DNA of 64,000 nt from Octopus vulgaris (lineage: Eukaryota). Where the stretch lies: positions 42,284,001-42,348,000 of the forward strand of contig OX597824.1 in the NCBI GenBank assembly GCA_951406725.2. Direction: 5' to 3'. Below the pieces are notes generated by a model. The model was not told the DNA's origin, did not search any database, and was given only the letters and a program-made list of their open reading frames with translations. The position numbers and the translations under genes were made by a program. Numbering within the stretch: the first letter of the stretch is position 1; each line of letters starts with the position of its first letter. Below, in pieces: positions 12,900 through 25,234 of this stretch.

Positions 12900-13108
12900 T
12901 GAATTCTCCCTATATATATAGGGAGAATTCACAAAAAACAAAAGACGAAGACAGGTGGTTTAGACAATAAACAGATGTGTTAGTATAACGGTCGGGGAGT
13001 GAAAAGTCTTTAACATTTCGAGCCTACGTTCTTCCACAGAAAGGAACACGGAAAGAAACAAGGAGAGAAAATGAAGAATATGTAGTGGCTAGCGATCTAT
13101 CATGGCGA
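12900..13108 (-). mobile_element. Solo pseudo-LTR-like unit (family P2) with a variant hammerhead-like motif
   Basis: Homologous to 53139-53445; minus strand cttt-CTGTGGA-A-GAAC-gtag-GCTC-GAAA-TGTT-aaag; flanked by TA runs. Confidence 0.65.
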
Positions 13109-13995
13109 ATATATATATATATATATATATATATTAGCAACAAAGACAACATTAATACTAAGAAGTAATATTTTTCCCCACTAGAGATAGTAGTGATTCA
13201 TTTCCCCGCCGGCTATATAAAGAATAACAGTGACAGAACAGGTGATTGTGTTGTGGTTAGCCAGCTAGCTTGTTATCCAAAGATAACGATTTATTGGTTG
13301 GGGACAGGCTTGTATCAATGATAAAATGTTCTAGGGATAGTATTCATTAAAGTGGAATAGTTACCTTTGCTGGACGCCTTGTATGTATATATGTATGGAG
13401 GGTAAGATAAGTTTTCAGCGATAGTCATATCGACAGCCACCATGCATACATACATGCAAGCACGCATGCATATACATATGTATGCATGTTCTCTTATCTT
13501 TCTAATCATTTAAAATCTACCCACAAGGAAAGAGCTGGCTTCTCATAAAAATACAAAGCTCCATCGTTGGAATGTAGAATAAAACAGATTCGCATTTTAA
13601 ACTTAAGAGAAGTCTTGCATACTTTTATTGTTCTACAGACTGTATTTGCAATATGCAAATTAACTAGTTGATTTCTTTTACTGAGACTCCAGCTTATCCA
13701 GATTGTTACATAGGCATTTACTCCTAAAACCAAGTGCACCAGTTATCATTTGCATAAATATGAATTTAAAACCAAATTACAGCTGCTTGAGATTTCGAAT
13801 TAGCTGTCCTAGTTATCATTTTTCTCTTTAAATTTCGAATAGATGTTCACATGAGAAGGGCAGCTGATTTCTATGGCTGGACACGTCTTCTTCTTTCTCA
13901 CAAACAACAATCTTTTACCTATTATGGTACCATTTAATAGAAGTCTTGATTGGAATGTAACTCCAATATTCCTTGTGTTGATGTTTATGTATATA

Positions 13996-14371
13996 CTAGC
14001 AGTATCGCCCGGCATTGCTCGGGTTTGTAAGGGAAATAACTATAAAGCATTTTTAGAGAGTTATAGCCAAAAAAATGGAAAAAAAATTATGGTAAATTTT
14101 TTTTTTGAGAGTTAAAACGGTCGAGTTGCGTCCCCTAGACAGTCTGTGGTTTGTGTTTCTGATTCTCGACCCCATGTCGAATTTATCGATTTTTTTCAGA
14201 ACTGGGGGAACTTTTCAAAATTTTCTCTGCGTTAGTTTTGAATTATGACATTGGGCTATGTGTGTGTTAAGTTTCATCAGAATCGGTTGAAAGCCGTGGT
14301 CAGGGTGAGGGTACAAGCTAACAGACACACAGAAACACACACAGACAAACTGCCGTTTAAATAGAGAGAGA
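13996..14371 (-). mobile_element. Non-autonomous Helitron
   Basis: Minus strand starts 5'-TC and ends CTAG-3', with a subterminal hairpin (cccggcattgctcggg, 14008-14023); inserted between A and T with no TSD. Confidence 0.75.
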
Positions 14372-14415
14372 TTCAATAACAGGGGAGGGAGTCCTCTATA
14401 TATGAAAAAAGGGTA

Positions 14416-14740
14416 AAGACCTCATTCGGTCATGAATGACCATAGGATTTCACCTATAAAGTTCCCTTCTGAAATACAAGTCGAGGCAAGGCTATTTATG
14501 GAACACCAGCAGTTACCCATGCATACTAGTCTCCCCTCTCAACGCCACAGATGTTATCCAAGGGTAAGGCAAAGGCCGATACAGCTTGGCACCAGTGACG
14601 TCGCAACTAATTTCTAAAGCTGAGTGAACTGGAAAAACGTGAAACAAAATATCTTGCTCAAGAACACAGCAAAACAGATAGGGAATTGAACTCAAAACCT
14701 CATGATTGTGAGCCCGACGCTCTAACGACTGAGCCACGCA
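14416..14740 (-). mobile_element. tRNA-derived CORE-like SINE, family E
   Basis: tRNA-like head at the right end, CORE-like block shared with family B, tail ending catgaccgaa...gtctt; homologous to 20340-20662 and 27918-28206. Confidence 0.85.
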
Positions 14741-15109
14741 TCGTCACTCCATATACGTATGTAAGTATAATAATTTACAATGAATTTATTATTACCCGAG
14801 TGAATAAGGTAAAAAAAAGTTTTATTGTCACAGAGATTATGGTTGGTGAGATGGAGGGGGGGGTTAATGTGACATCCTATGACATCGAGTTTCAGAGAAT
14901 GATTAGATGCAAATATATTATTGACAATACTAGATTTAATAATAATGATGCAGTCGATTTAATAATCATACAGTTGATCTGTTGTTGTGATTGATTACAT
15001 TGTAGCAGAACCGATAGCTACCCCCACAAAAACTTTCACCACCAGCATCACCACCATCACCACCACCACCACCACCGGCGTACTAACGTTTCTGCCAGCT
15101 CGCCGCCTT

Positions 15110-15137
15110 AATAATAAATATAATAATAATAATGATG

Positions 15138-15222
<85 letters not shown>

Positions 15223-15241
15223 GAAGAAGAAGAAGAAGAAG
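15110..15241. repeat. (AAT)n/(AAG)n microsatellite
   Basis: Direct reading. Confidence 0.95.
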
Positions 15242-15366
15242 AAGAACGAACTACTGAGTTTGGTTTAAGAACGAACTACTGAGTTTGGTTTAAGAACGAA
15301 CTACTGAGTTTGGTTTAAGAACGAACTACTGAGTTTGGTTTAAGAACGAACTACTGAGTTTGGTTT
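15242..15366. repeat. Perfect minisatellite, 5 x 25 bp
   Basis: (aagaacgaactactgagtttggttt)5, with no spacers. Confidence 0.95.
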
Positions 15367-15462
15367 AATGGCCTACCAATGTATACTATGAGTTTCTTTG
15401 CCCTAGGAGTCGGGAAGACACTCGGCAAGAAATGGAAGCAAATTTAAAAGAAGAAAAAAAAA

Positions 15463-15502
<40 letters not shown>

Positions 15503-15555
15503 TGATGATGGTGATGATAATAATAATGATGATAATAATAAGGATAATAATAAGG

Positions 15556-15652
<97 letters not shown>

Positions 15653-15674
15653 TAATAATGATAAATAATAATAA

Positions 15675-15866
15675 AATTCTAACCGGGCCCCACCTGCAAG
15701 GTCATGCGCTGTTTATCTTGATATGAGATCACCATGTCGCGCACATATGGTTGTGATGCATGTGCCTGGTGTACCCTTATCAGACGGGTAGTCATGATGG
15801 GTATACTGGGCTTCGTATATTTTTACCCCAGTGTCACTTTGATGGCATGCACTGCTCTCTCACTCA
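15675..15866 (+). mobile_element. 3' end of an (AAT)n-targeting retroelement (R4/Dong-associated tail)
   Basis: Matches 56752-56945 and 58493-58617; ends ...ctctcactc(aat)n with (AAT)n on both sides. Confidence 0.8.
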
Positions 15867-15882
15867 ATAATAATAATGATGA

Positions 15883-15916
<34 letters not shown>

Positions 15917-16903
15917 GGTGGTGGTGGTGGTGGTGATGATGATGATGACGATGATGATAAGAATTACACGTTGGATAATATGATCTCGGGTTTTCCTGCA
16001 CACATGTATGTAGAAAAAAAAAATTATATTCCGGATGCTCAGAGCTGGAATGTCTTTGATCGTAGGTCTACTTGCTCGGAACTGACCTAACCTGGGGCTA
16101 AACAACAACAACAACAACACCATGCCACTCTCACCACCACAGCAACACTAGAACTATTGCTGCAGCTGTCTCTACTCCTGCCAGACTGCAACAGCTAATT
16201 AGAGGACGATACAACACTTCAAATGATTTTAATGTTCCAGCAACGGCGGCTGCAATTTGTAACAATGACATCAACAGCAAGCAATCACTAAGTTCCTTTT
16301 TCTCTTCATCACCTCTGTCCCCCACCCCCTCTCTCCCTCTCGCTCATTCGCGCCTTGTTTCTCTCTTTTCTTTTCTCTCCCTAATTCTCTCCCTCCCCTT
16401 CTATTTGTTTCTTTCTCATTCATTAGCCCTATCGCTCTATATGTATGAACATTATTTTCCACTAATTAGAGCCGCATTACATTAACACAACCACCAATCT
16501 ATTTCGCTTATCATTCTCGCCCTTACCTATTCTCCCAGCTCACCCAATTCTTACCTACCCCACTTTCTCTCTCTCTCACACACACACTCTCTTTCATCTC
16601 ATTATCTTCCCATCACTTTCTTTCTTATTTCCCTCCCATCCATTTTTCTATCATCTCTTTTTTCCTCATCCCCCGTTCCCCTTTCCTCCCACTCTCTCTT
16701 TTTCTTTCTCTCTTACACACACGCAAGTACTTTCATACAAATATTGACCCTATCACGCCGTATAGATAGATAGATGACCCCTATTTTCTACTAATTAAGA
16801 CTGTCTAAATATTAACCCCTTCAATCTATATTACCCACTTCCTCTCATCCCACTCTCTCTGTTCCCTTTCATCCACATTTTGACCCTACCTTCATTTCTA
16901 TTA

Positions 16904-16942
<39 letters not shown>

Positions 16943-16960
16943 ATATATATTTATATATAT

Positions 16961-17032
<72 letters not shown>

Positions 17033-17169
17033 ATGTTTGTATTTATGTATATGTATGTATAACCTGAGTGAGCGCATGTGCGTGTATATATATATATATA
17101 TGTCTCTGTGTATATGTACGTATGTATGCCCGTACGTATATATATGTATATATATATAGCCAAACGTGT

Positions 17170-17233
<64 letters not shown>

Positions 17234-19782
17234 TTGTGTGTGTGTGCGTGAGTTTAATACAATAAACAAGCTAAACAGAACTCAGTTCATGAGTATATAT
17301 ATTTCTTTCTTAATCAACAGAAAGTTATGAGAGTGGCTCATGAGCTGTGAGTTTCGTTCATGGCTCATACATGCACTCACGCACATGTATACACATGCGT
17401 ATGCAATACACTCACAAACACATGTATGCACGGACTCTATTTCTATTTGCAATAATTAATGCTCCCTAAAAATTAATTAATTCAACAACTAATTAATCTA
17501 TCACAATCTTAATTCTCTCCTTTCCTCGGCGTGAATCCACCTCTCTCTTTCACTTCTTTCACCATTCATCCTTCCCTGGCCACTTCCCCTTTATCTTCCT
17601 TTCATTTTCGCCCTCATTGACCTTAAGCATTTTATCTATACACTGACCCTATTTTCCGCAAATTAAACCATCCTAAATGTTACACTCGAAAGCCACCAAC
17701 CCATTACACCATCACTATTACTACAACTACTCCTACTGCACCATTTTTTCTCCCTCTCTCTCTCTCCCTCTTTCTTCTCTGTCTCTCTCTTTAATTTTCT
17801 ATCACACTCACTGACCTTACTACTCTCCAGACACAGAGAGACATTAATTAAGACCCATTAAATTTAACCCAACCACCAATCTATCATATATTGCCTCACT
17901 TTCTCACTCTAATCTCTCCTACCCTTACCTCACTCCCTTTATTTCTCTCTCTCTGTCACACACGCACATACTCTCCCTCATTTTCGTCCTCAGCCTCCAT
18001 CCCATCTCTTTCCCTGTATCTCTAACACATCCCATTCCTTTCCCCATAGTTTCATTTCTTTTCTGTTGATGTCCTAAATACTGATTTCTTTTGACTAGAC
18101 ACATGGCTAATTTCTGCCAGAGCGAAGGGGTTGGGTCTATTCTATATATATAGTCGATTGAACCAATTCAAGTTTATTGCTATTGCACACATATTTCATT
18201 GTCCCGGGTGAGATAAAAATCAAAGTGAACTTCTGTGATGTTTGAACACGGAACGTGGAAAACGGTAAAAGAGAATTTATTCCTCTGCCATTTTTACAGT
18301 GCGAAACAACGAAGAGGATTCTATGGGGTCGTCTGACCTGACCCACCGGAAAAAATATAATAAACACCTAAATCTTCATCAAATCCTGTCCTACAGAGTA
18401 ACATAAAACAATCCATGTACAATAAAGAAACTTACACACGAATGAAGATTTAAAAAATGACAGGATGGTCATGCTGGAATGCCTTTGATCATAGCTTTGA
18501 CAGATTAGTGCTGCCCTTGGGCTAAACAAATACAGCATCTTATATATTCGTCACCATTTCTAATTTATTCATTAAATTTCGAATTTACGTAATCCCTTGA
18601 ATAGGATTACGTAAGATAATTTAGGAAGATAATTTCAGTAATAAAGGATTTCTCTGAAACTGAAATGTCAACAAAGAAAAGACAGTCATGATTGCCTGGG
18701 GTACAGTGTCGTAGGTATTTGTTTCTGCCTCTATAGGCTTCATTAGCACAGCAATTGTCCTACTTTGTTCCAGCAGATGAGATACTTAATCATATGCAAA
18801 AAAAAAAAAAAGAACAGAGGAGAAAGTATTTATGACCAAAGTAATTTGCATAATTTACACGAAAAGGAGCTAAGAGAAATAACTCAGGATATTGAATATG
18901 ATCGATAATGAAAACTAAAGGTATACCAAAGACCATACAAGATTGCTGATTTCTTGAAATGATCTCCGGAAGTGTAAAAAAAATGCCTTGTAACAATTGT
19001 GATCAACACTCAATGAGAAGTAGAGATGGTTTGTAGTGAAGAAAGAGAACCTAAGAAATAGAGACGAAGACGTAAGAGGAATGGGAAAGGGTGAAGAGGA
19101 GATAAGGATGGAAAGAGAGGAAGAGAGAGAGACATGAAAGAAAGTGAAGAGAAGGGCGCCATTACTATGTCTGTAGAGAGAGGGAGAAGGGAGAGAGAGA
19201 GGGGAGAGAGAGAAAGGAGGAAAGATAGAGAAGTTGAAGCGTGAGAAGAGATGGAGCCGAGATGTACGGAAGGAAAGAAGTAAGAGAAAGAAAAAGGTGT
19301 GTAAGAAGGAAGAGAGAGAGAGAGAGAGAGAGAGGAGTAAATAGAGGGTGAGAGAGTGAGTGAGAGGGAACTGAAAAAGTTAGTAACTCTAGCTGTTAGA
19401 AATAGCAAACAAATCTCTCTAAAACCTTAACAAATTCTCTTAAATGGAACGAAAGATATATTTGCCGGTGTAGTCCTTGATACATAAAATGATAGGATGT
19501 TCATTAATGGAGTGCCTTCTATCTCATGTCTGCTCAAAAAGAGTTGTTCCGGTGGCAAACAACCACACCAACTTCCCCATACGGCCGCTCAACCCGCTAC
19601 AATTAGCATCTATAACACCCTCGTATCATGTCACGCTATCTTATAATAACGAAAGGCACAATTGTCTTCAGGTGTACAAAAAGAGACAGAATTACAAGAG
19701 GAAAACTTTGTTTAATGGGAAGTTTTAAGGCAAAATCGCAGCATCAAGAACAAAAAAGAGAGGTAATATTTATCTCCACTTA

Positions 19783-20230
19783 AGGTAGTGAGCTGGCAGA
19801 AACGTTAGCACGCCGGGCAAAATGTTTAACGGTATTTCATCTGCCGTTACGTTCTGAGTTCAAATTCCGCCGAGGTCGACTTTGCCTTTCATCCTTTCGG
19901 GGTCGATTAAATAAGTACCAGTTACGCACTGGGGTCGATATAATCGACTTAACCCCTTTGTCTGTCCTTGTTTGTCCCCTCTATATTTAGCCCCTTGTGG
20001 GTAATAAAGGAATATAAGGCGGCGAGCTGGCAGAAACGTTAGCACGTCGGGCGAAATGCTTAGCGGTATTTCGTCTGCCGCTATGTTCTGAGTTCAAATT
20101 CCACCGTGGTTGACTTTGCCTTTCATCCTTTTGGGGTCAATAACTTAAGTCCCAGTTGCGAACTGAGGTCAATCTAATCAACTGGCCTCTTCCCCCAAAT
20201 TTCGGACCTTGTGCCTAAAGTAGAAAAGAA
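19783..20230 (+). mobile_element. Two head-to-tail SINE family C copies
   Basis: gagctggcagaaacgttagcac heads at ~19790 and ~20024; flanked by an imperfect direct repeat atatttatcYccaYttaa. Confidence 0.9.
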
Positions 20231-20777
20231 TATTTATCCCCATTTAAATGTGAATGTTCTATCTGAACAAACTATACTACGGTAGTTATCACAAGAAAAG
20301 AACTTTTTTATATCGACTTATTGACGCAAAATAAAGCGAAAGACTCCTTTCGGTCTTGAATGACCATGGCGTTGCACCTAGAAAGTTCCCTTCCAAGGCA
20401 CAAATCCGGGCAAGGTTTTTTATGGAAGACCAGTACTCGCTTATGCATCCAGCCTACCCTCTCCATACCACTGATGCTATCCAAGGGAGAGGCAAAGGTC
20501 GATACATCTTGGCACCAGTGACATCACAACTCATTTCTACAATTGTGTGAACTGGAGCAACGTAAAATAAAGTGTCTTGCTCGAGAAAACAACACACAGC
20601 CCGGTCCGGTAATCGAACACACTACCTCATGATTGTGAGCCCAACGCTCTAACAACTGAGCCGTAAAATACAGTCTTGTGTGTGCATCAAAAAGCCAACA
20701 TGGGGTTTCTCTCATAGTAGCTACCGCAGTATAGTTTGTTCTAAAAGAACATTCACTTTAAAGTGAGGATAAATATT
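20230..20777. mobile_element. Old fold-back/MITE-like element with ~68-bp inverted arms, interrupted by a family E SINE
   Basis: atatttatccccatttaaatgtgaatgttct...gaacaaactatactacggtag (20230-20298) is mirrored at 20706-20777. Confidence 0.65.
20340..20662 (-). mobile_element. SINE family E
   Basis: Homologous to 14416-14740. Confidence 0.85.
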
Positions 20778-20929
20778 AAATTTCAGTGTTAATACTGCCT
20801 CTGTCGCCAATTCATATCTTTTAACTAGAACAACTTTCAATCCCCTATTCCAAATTTCATAAAATATGACACTGCATTTCATCGCCATGGAATCATATTA
20901 AAGAAGAACACTCAGGGAGCGGAAACCTT

Positions 20930-21280
20930 CAACAAGGCAACACCAACTTCCTCTCAACTTCATCCAAAGATGATTTTTAAAGAGAGAATATTTGAAATAA
21001 ACTTGACTGCTCTCACAAACGAGAATACTAAAAATGAATCCGACCGCTCTCAAAACTTAAGTAAAAAAACAAAAAAAAAAAAAACAGGAAAGATAATCCA
21101 GAATCCTTTCCTGTACCGGATCGATCCCAAAATCTAATCAGTTCGTGCCAGTCACGAGGCCAAATATCCCTGAAAGTGTCATCCGAATCCATCTAGCAGT
21201 TCTTGAGATATCTTGTCTACGGATAAACAAACACAACTGAAAATAATACCTCCGCCTTAGCGAAGAGGGAAGTAATAAGT
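20930..21280. mobile_element. Helentron/DINE-1-like non-autonomous element
   Basis: aaaatctaatcagttc...gaaagtgtcatccgaatcc...ttgagatatcttg...aaacaaac, then a terminal imperfect hairpin tacctccgcc...gggaagta; this layout is typical of such elements. Confidence 0.55.
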
Positions 21281-21282
21281 TT

Positions 21283-21572
21283 GTTTGTTCCTTCTCGTGC
21301 CATGCATAGCTCATAAAGACCGGTTTCCCGGTTTCCTTGGCGTATAGGTTCCCCACCTAGACGAGACGACAGTCCGTCGCAGGTGAGCTGCAAGATGCAG
21401 GAGGAAAGAGTGAGAGAAAGTCGTGGCGATAGAGTCAGCAGAAGTTCGCCATTACCTTCTGCCGGAGCCGCGTGGAACTTAGGTGTTTCGCTCATAAACA
21501 CACACATCGCCCGGTCTGAGATCCGAACCCGCGAGACCGCTACACTGACCACTTGGCCATGTACTTCAACGA
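21283..21572 (-). mobile_element. tRNA-derived SINE, family F
   Basis: Homologous to 21787-22071 and 59035-59320; shares its 3' tail with family B. Confidence 0.85.
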
Positions 21573-21684
21573 GTTAATAAGTACCAGCGGTTTAATGGGA
21601 CCTGATTCCATTAATTCTATATTTTTCACGACATATTTTGGGAGTATTAATACCGATTTAGGTAATTACAATGCAAGGAAGACA

Positions 21685-22198
21685 AGGCGGTAAGCTGGCA
21701 GGATCGTTACAGCGCCTGACAAAAGGCTTAGCGGCTTTTTTTCCGAGTCTTTACGTTCCGAGTGCAAACGCTGCCAAGATCAACTTTGTTCCTTCTCGAG
21801 CCATGCCTGGCTCATAAGGGCCGGTTTCCTTGGTGTATAGGTTCCCCACCTGGACGGGACGCCGGTCCGTCGCAGGTGAGCTGTAAGATGCAGGAGGAAA
21901 GAGTGAGAGAAAGTTGTGGCGAAAGAGTCAGCAGAAGTTCGCCATTACCGTCTGCTAGAGCTGCGTGGAGCTTAGGTGTTTCATAAACACACACATCGCC
22001 CGGTCTGAGATTCGAACCCGCGATCCCTCGACCGCGAGTCCGCTGCTCTAACCACTAGGCCATGTGCCTCCTAAGATCAACTTTGCCTTTCATTCATATA
22101 GGATCGATAAAGTAAAAGTTGAACAACGGGATCGATGCAGTCGGCTTCCCAACTCCCCTCAATAAATTGCTGGCCTTGTGCTAAATTTACAAAGAAAT
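21685..22198 (+). mobile_element. SINE family C copy split by a family F insertion
   Basis: The family C sequence resumes after the insert; aagatcaactttg is duplicated at 21776-21788 and 22073-22085. Confidence 0.8.
21787..22071 (-). mobile_element. SINE family F, near full length, with a 13-bp TSD
   Basis: Minus-strand head ggaggcacatggcctagtggttagagcagcggactcgcgg...ggttcgaatc (A and B boxes). Confidence 0.9.
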
Positions 22199-22576
22199 AG
22201 GTAAGGTGGACGACGTGGAGGAGGATAAAGATGAGAGGGTTAGACAAGCAAATAGAATAACGGCAATTCAATGAGGTAGAAGGAGGAATAAGATGAGTAG
22301 AAATAGGAAGTTGAGTGGGGGACGGGACAAGGGAGATTACTACGGCACGATGCAGAATAGATCGGTGGATTATGTTAATGTTATGGGTCGTAATAAATGG
22401 CGATTAGGGTCTGTAGTTAGATTGGATGTGATATATTAATATATAAGGGGAATTAATCAGTGGAGATTAGGGCCTGTGGATTAAGCTGGAGTGACAAAAG
22501 GAGAAAGTTACAAAAAGAAAAAGGAAATGGAGGACGGGAGGGGAAATAAGGAGAATAAAGTAGAGAGAAGGATTAA

Positions 22577-22835
22577 ATGATAGTGATAATGATGATGATG
22601 ATGATAATGAGGAGGAGGAGGAGGATTACGATGACCATGACGATGATAACGATGACGATGATGATGATGATGGTGACGATGATGATGACGATGATGATGA
22701 TGACGATGAAGAAGAAGAAGAAGAAGAAGAAGAAGAAGAAGAAGAAGAAGAAGAAGAAGAAGAAGAAGAAGAAGAAGAAGAAGAAGAAGAAGAAGAAGAA
22801 GAAGAAGAAGAAGAAGAAGAAGAAGAAGAAGAAGA
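22577..22835. repeat. (GAT)n/(GAA)n microsatellite
   Basis: Direct reading. Confidence 0.95.
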
Positions 22836-23178
22836 AACAAATGAGGTGATGACTTGGAAGATAAAGAGGTTGATATGAGAATATTACTTTGGCTGTTCTC
22901 GACGGGAACAAAATGGAAGATTGCTATTTTATTTATTATTATACTTTTTAGTTTTTGCCAAAAGTGGCTTTAACCGGTAATAGAAACAACGTCGACTTCT
23001 TGGCTCGCGACATCCTTAAAATCATAATTCTGTAAAACTTGTAAGAGGTGTTTTTCTTTTTCAACTTACACTAGATTGATACTAATTAACTGCCACTTCC
23101 CTCTCAAATAACAATAAAAACAATCATCATCCTCATCATCGTCATCATCATCATCTTCGTCATCGTCGTTACTATTAT

Positions 23179-23256
<78 letters not shown>

Positions 23257-23438
23257 CATTATTATTATTACTATTATTATTATTATTATTATACCGAGAT
23301 CGACTTTACCTTTCATCTTCTCAAGGTCGATAAATTAAGTACTAGTGAAACACTGGGGACGATGTAATCTACTAGTTCCTTCCCACCAAATTTCAGGCCT
23401 TGCGCCTATAGGAGAAAGGTTTATTATTATTATTATTA

Positions 23439-23511
<73 letters not shown>

Positions 23512-23537
23512 TATTATTATCATCATCATCATCATCA

Positions 23538-23595
<58 letters not shown>

Positions 23596-23627
23596 CATTA
23601 TTATTATTATTATTATATTTATTATTA

Positions 23628-24128
23628 AGACGGCGAGCTGGCAGAAACGTTAGTACGCCGGGTGAAATGCTTTCATCATTTCATCATTTCGGGGTCTATT
23701 AAATAAGTACCAGTTATGCACTGGGGTCGATATAATCGACTTAATCCGTTTGCCTGTCATTGTTTGTCCTCTCTGTGTTTAGCCCATTGTGGGTAGTAAA
23801 GAAATAGGTATTTCGCCTGCCGTTACGTTCTGAGTTCAAATTCCGCCGAGTTCGACTTTGCCTTTCATCCTTTCGGGGTCGATTAAATAAGTACCAGTTA
23901 CACACTGGGGTCGATATAATCGACTTAATCCTTTTGTCTGTCCTTATTTGTCCTCTCTGTGTTTAGCCCCTTGAGGGTAGTAAAGAGTTCAAATTCCGTC
24001 GATGTGACTTTATCTTTCGTCTTTTCGGGGATCAATAGATTGGGAACCCAATGAAGTACTGGGGTCGATGTGATCAACTATACCCCACTCCGAAAAATTC
24101 CAGACCTTGTGCCTAAAGTAGAGAGGAT
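23628..24128 (+). mobile_element. Tandem array of partial SINE family C units
   Basis: One head followed by three reiterations of the central ...ttcgggg.c.at...aagtac...ggggtcgat block. Confidence 0.85.
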
Positions 24129-24129
24129 A

Positions 24130-24800
24130 ATTATTATTATTATATGTTTGACTTATGTTTTGTATTTGTACAAGTTGACTCCAGGTCTCATTCAGAGTCC
24201 TCAAGATACAACATGTTAGAAGTACAAGTCGGTGTTATGCATAGGGTACTAACTATTTAGTTTTGCACATAGTACTGTTCTAGAGAATGTTTAAGAAAAC
24301 AAGAAAATTATAAGTTTGTTTTAAAATTTGAGATTACGTAGACAGCATTTTACGTAGGATATGGACAGTTCCCATATGAATTTCTGCAGTGAGAGATTCA
24401 TTGTCACTGTTCAAAGTCAGTGTGGTTCTCCATGATCTCATACTTACAGACAAGAAGATTCGCAGAGTAGGTGCTATTTCATACATTTCCCGACATTTCT
24501 TAATCCAGCTATATGGTAGACTATCAAAAGCTTTTTTATAGCTTATCCAGTCTATCGACAAGTTTTTGTGCCGTTTGTGACAATCTTCCAAGATCATCTT
24601 ATTGATGAGTAGCTGATCTTTACAACCATAAGACCCACGTTTACATCCTTTTTGCTCATTAGGGAATATGCAACTTCCTATTAAAAAACTACAGGTATAT
24701 TCAGTCAAGACAGATGTTAGTATTTTATACGTTGTTGTTAAGCAGGTTATGGGTTTATAATTTTGGGCCCGTTTGTTTCTTCATTCTTTGAAAGTAGGAA
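24130..24800 (-). mobile_element. Internally deleted R4/Dong-type LINE
   Basis: EQKGCKRGSYGCKDQLLINK...WISYKKAFDSLPYSW is joined directly to C-terminal MGTVHILRKML*, then a 3' UTR ending in (AAT)n on the minus strand. Confidence 0.85.
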
Positions 24801-24911
24801 TGTTATATCATTAACTTACTATGGGCCCCGGGGTTGCTAAAGTATTCTAAGAGGATTTGGTCAACGGAAACTCAAAGAAGCTTGTTACACGTGTTTGTGT
24901 GTGTGTGTGTA

Positions 24912-24958
<47 letters not shown>

Positions 24959-25234
24959 CTGCGAGCTTGTGTGCGTGCGTGTATGTGTTTATCTCACCAT
25001 CGCGTAACAATCGGTGTTGATTTGTTAGCGTCCCCGTAAATTAGCGTATTTGTTCGACTAAACCCTTCAAAGCAGTGCTTCAGCTTGGCCGCAGTCAAAT
25101 GACTGAAACATCTAATAGATTATTCATGCTTGAAAAAAAATTAGAAGTACAGTTTTAAATGCATGTGCATATATGAAGGAAGAGAGGAGTTGTGATATAT
25201 TTTTGCGAAACCGAGGACAGCTTGTTCATCCTTT

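Noticed and set aside
15242-15366. Regular 25-bp repeats as a CRISPR array
   Set aside because: The units are directly adjacent with no spacers, there are no cas genes, and the context is eukaryotic.
21990-22071. tRNA gene
   Set aside because: A and B boxes belong to a SINE head; there is no complete acceptor stem and the sequence continues into the SINE body.
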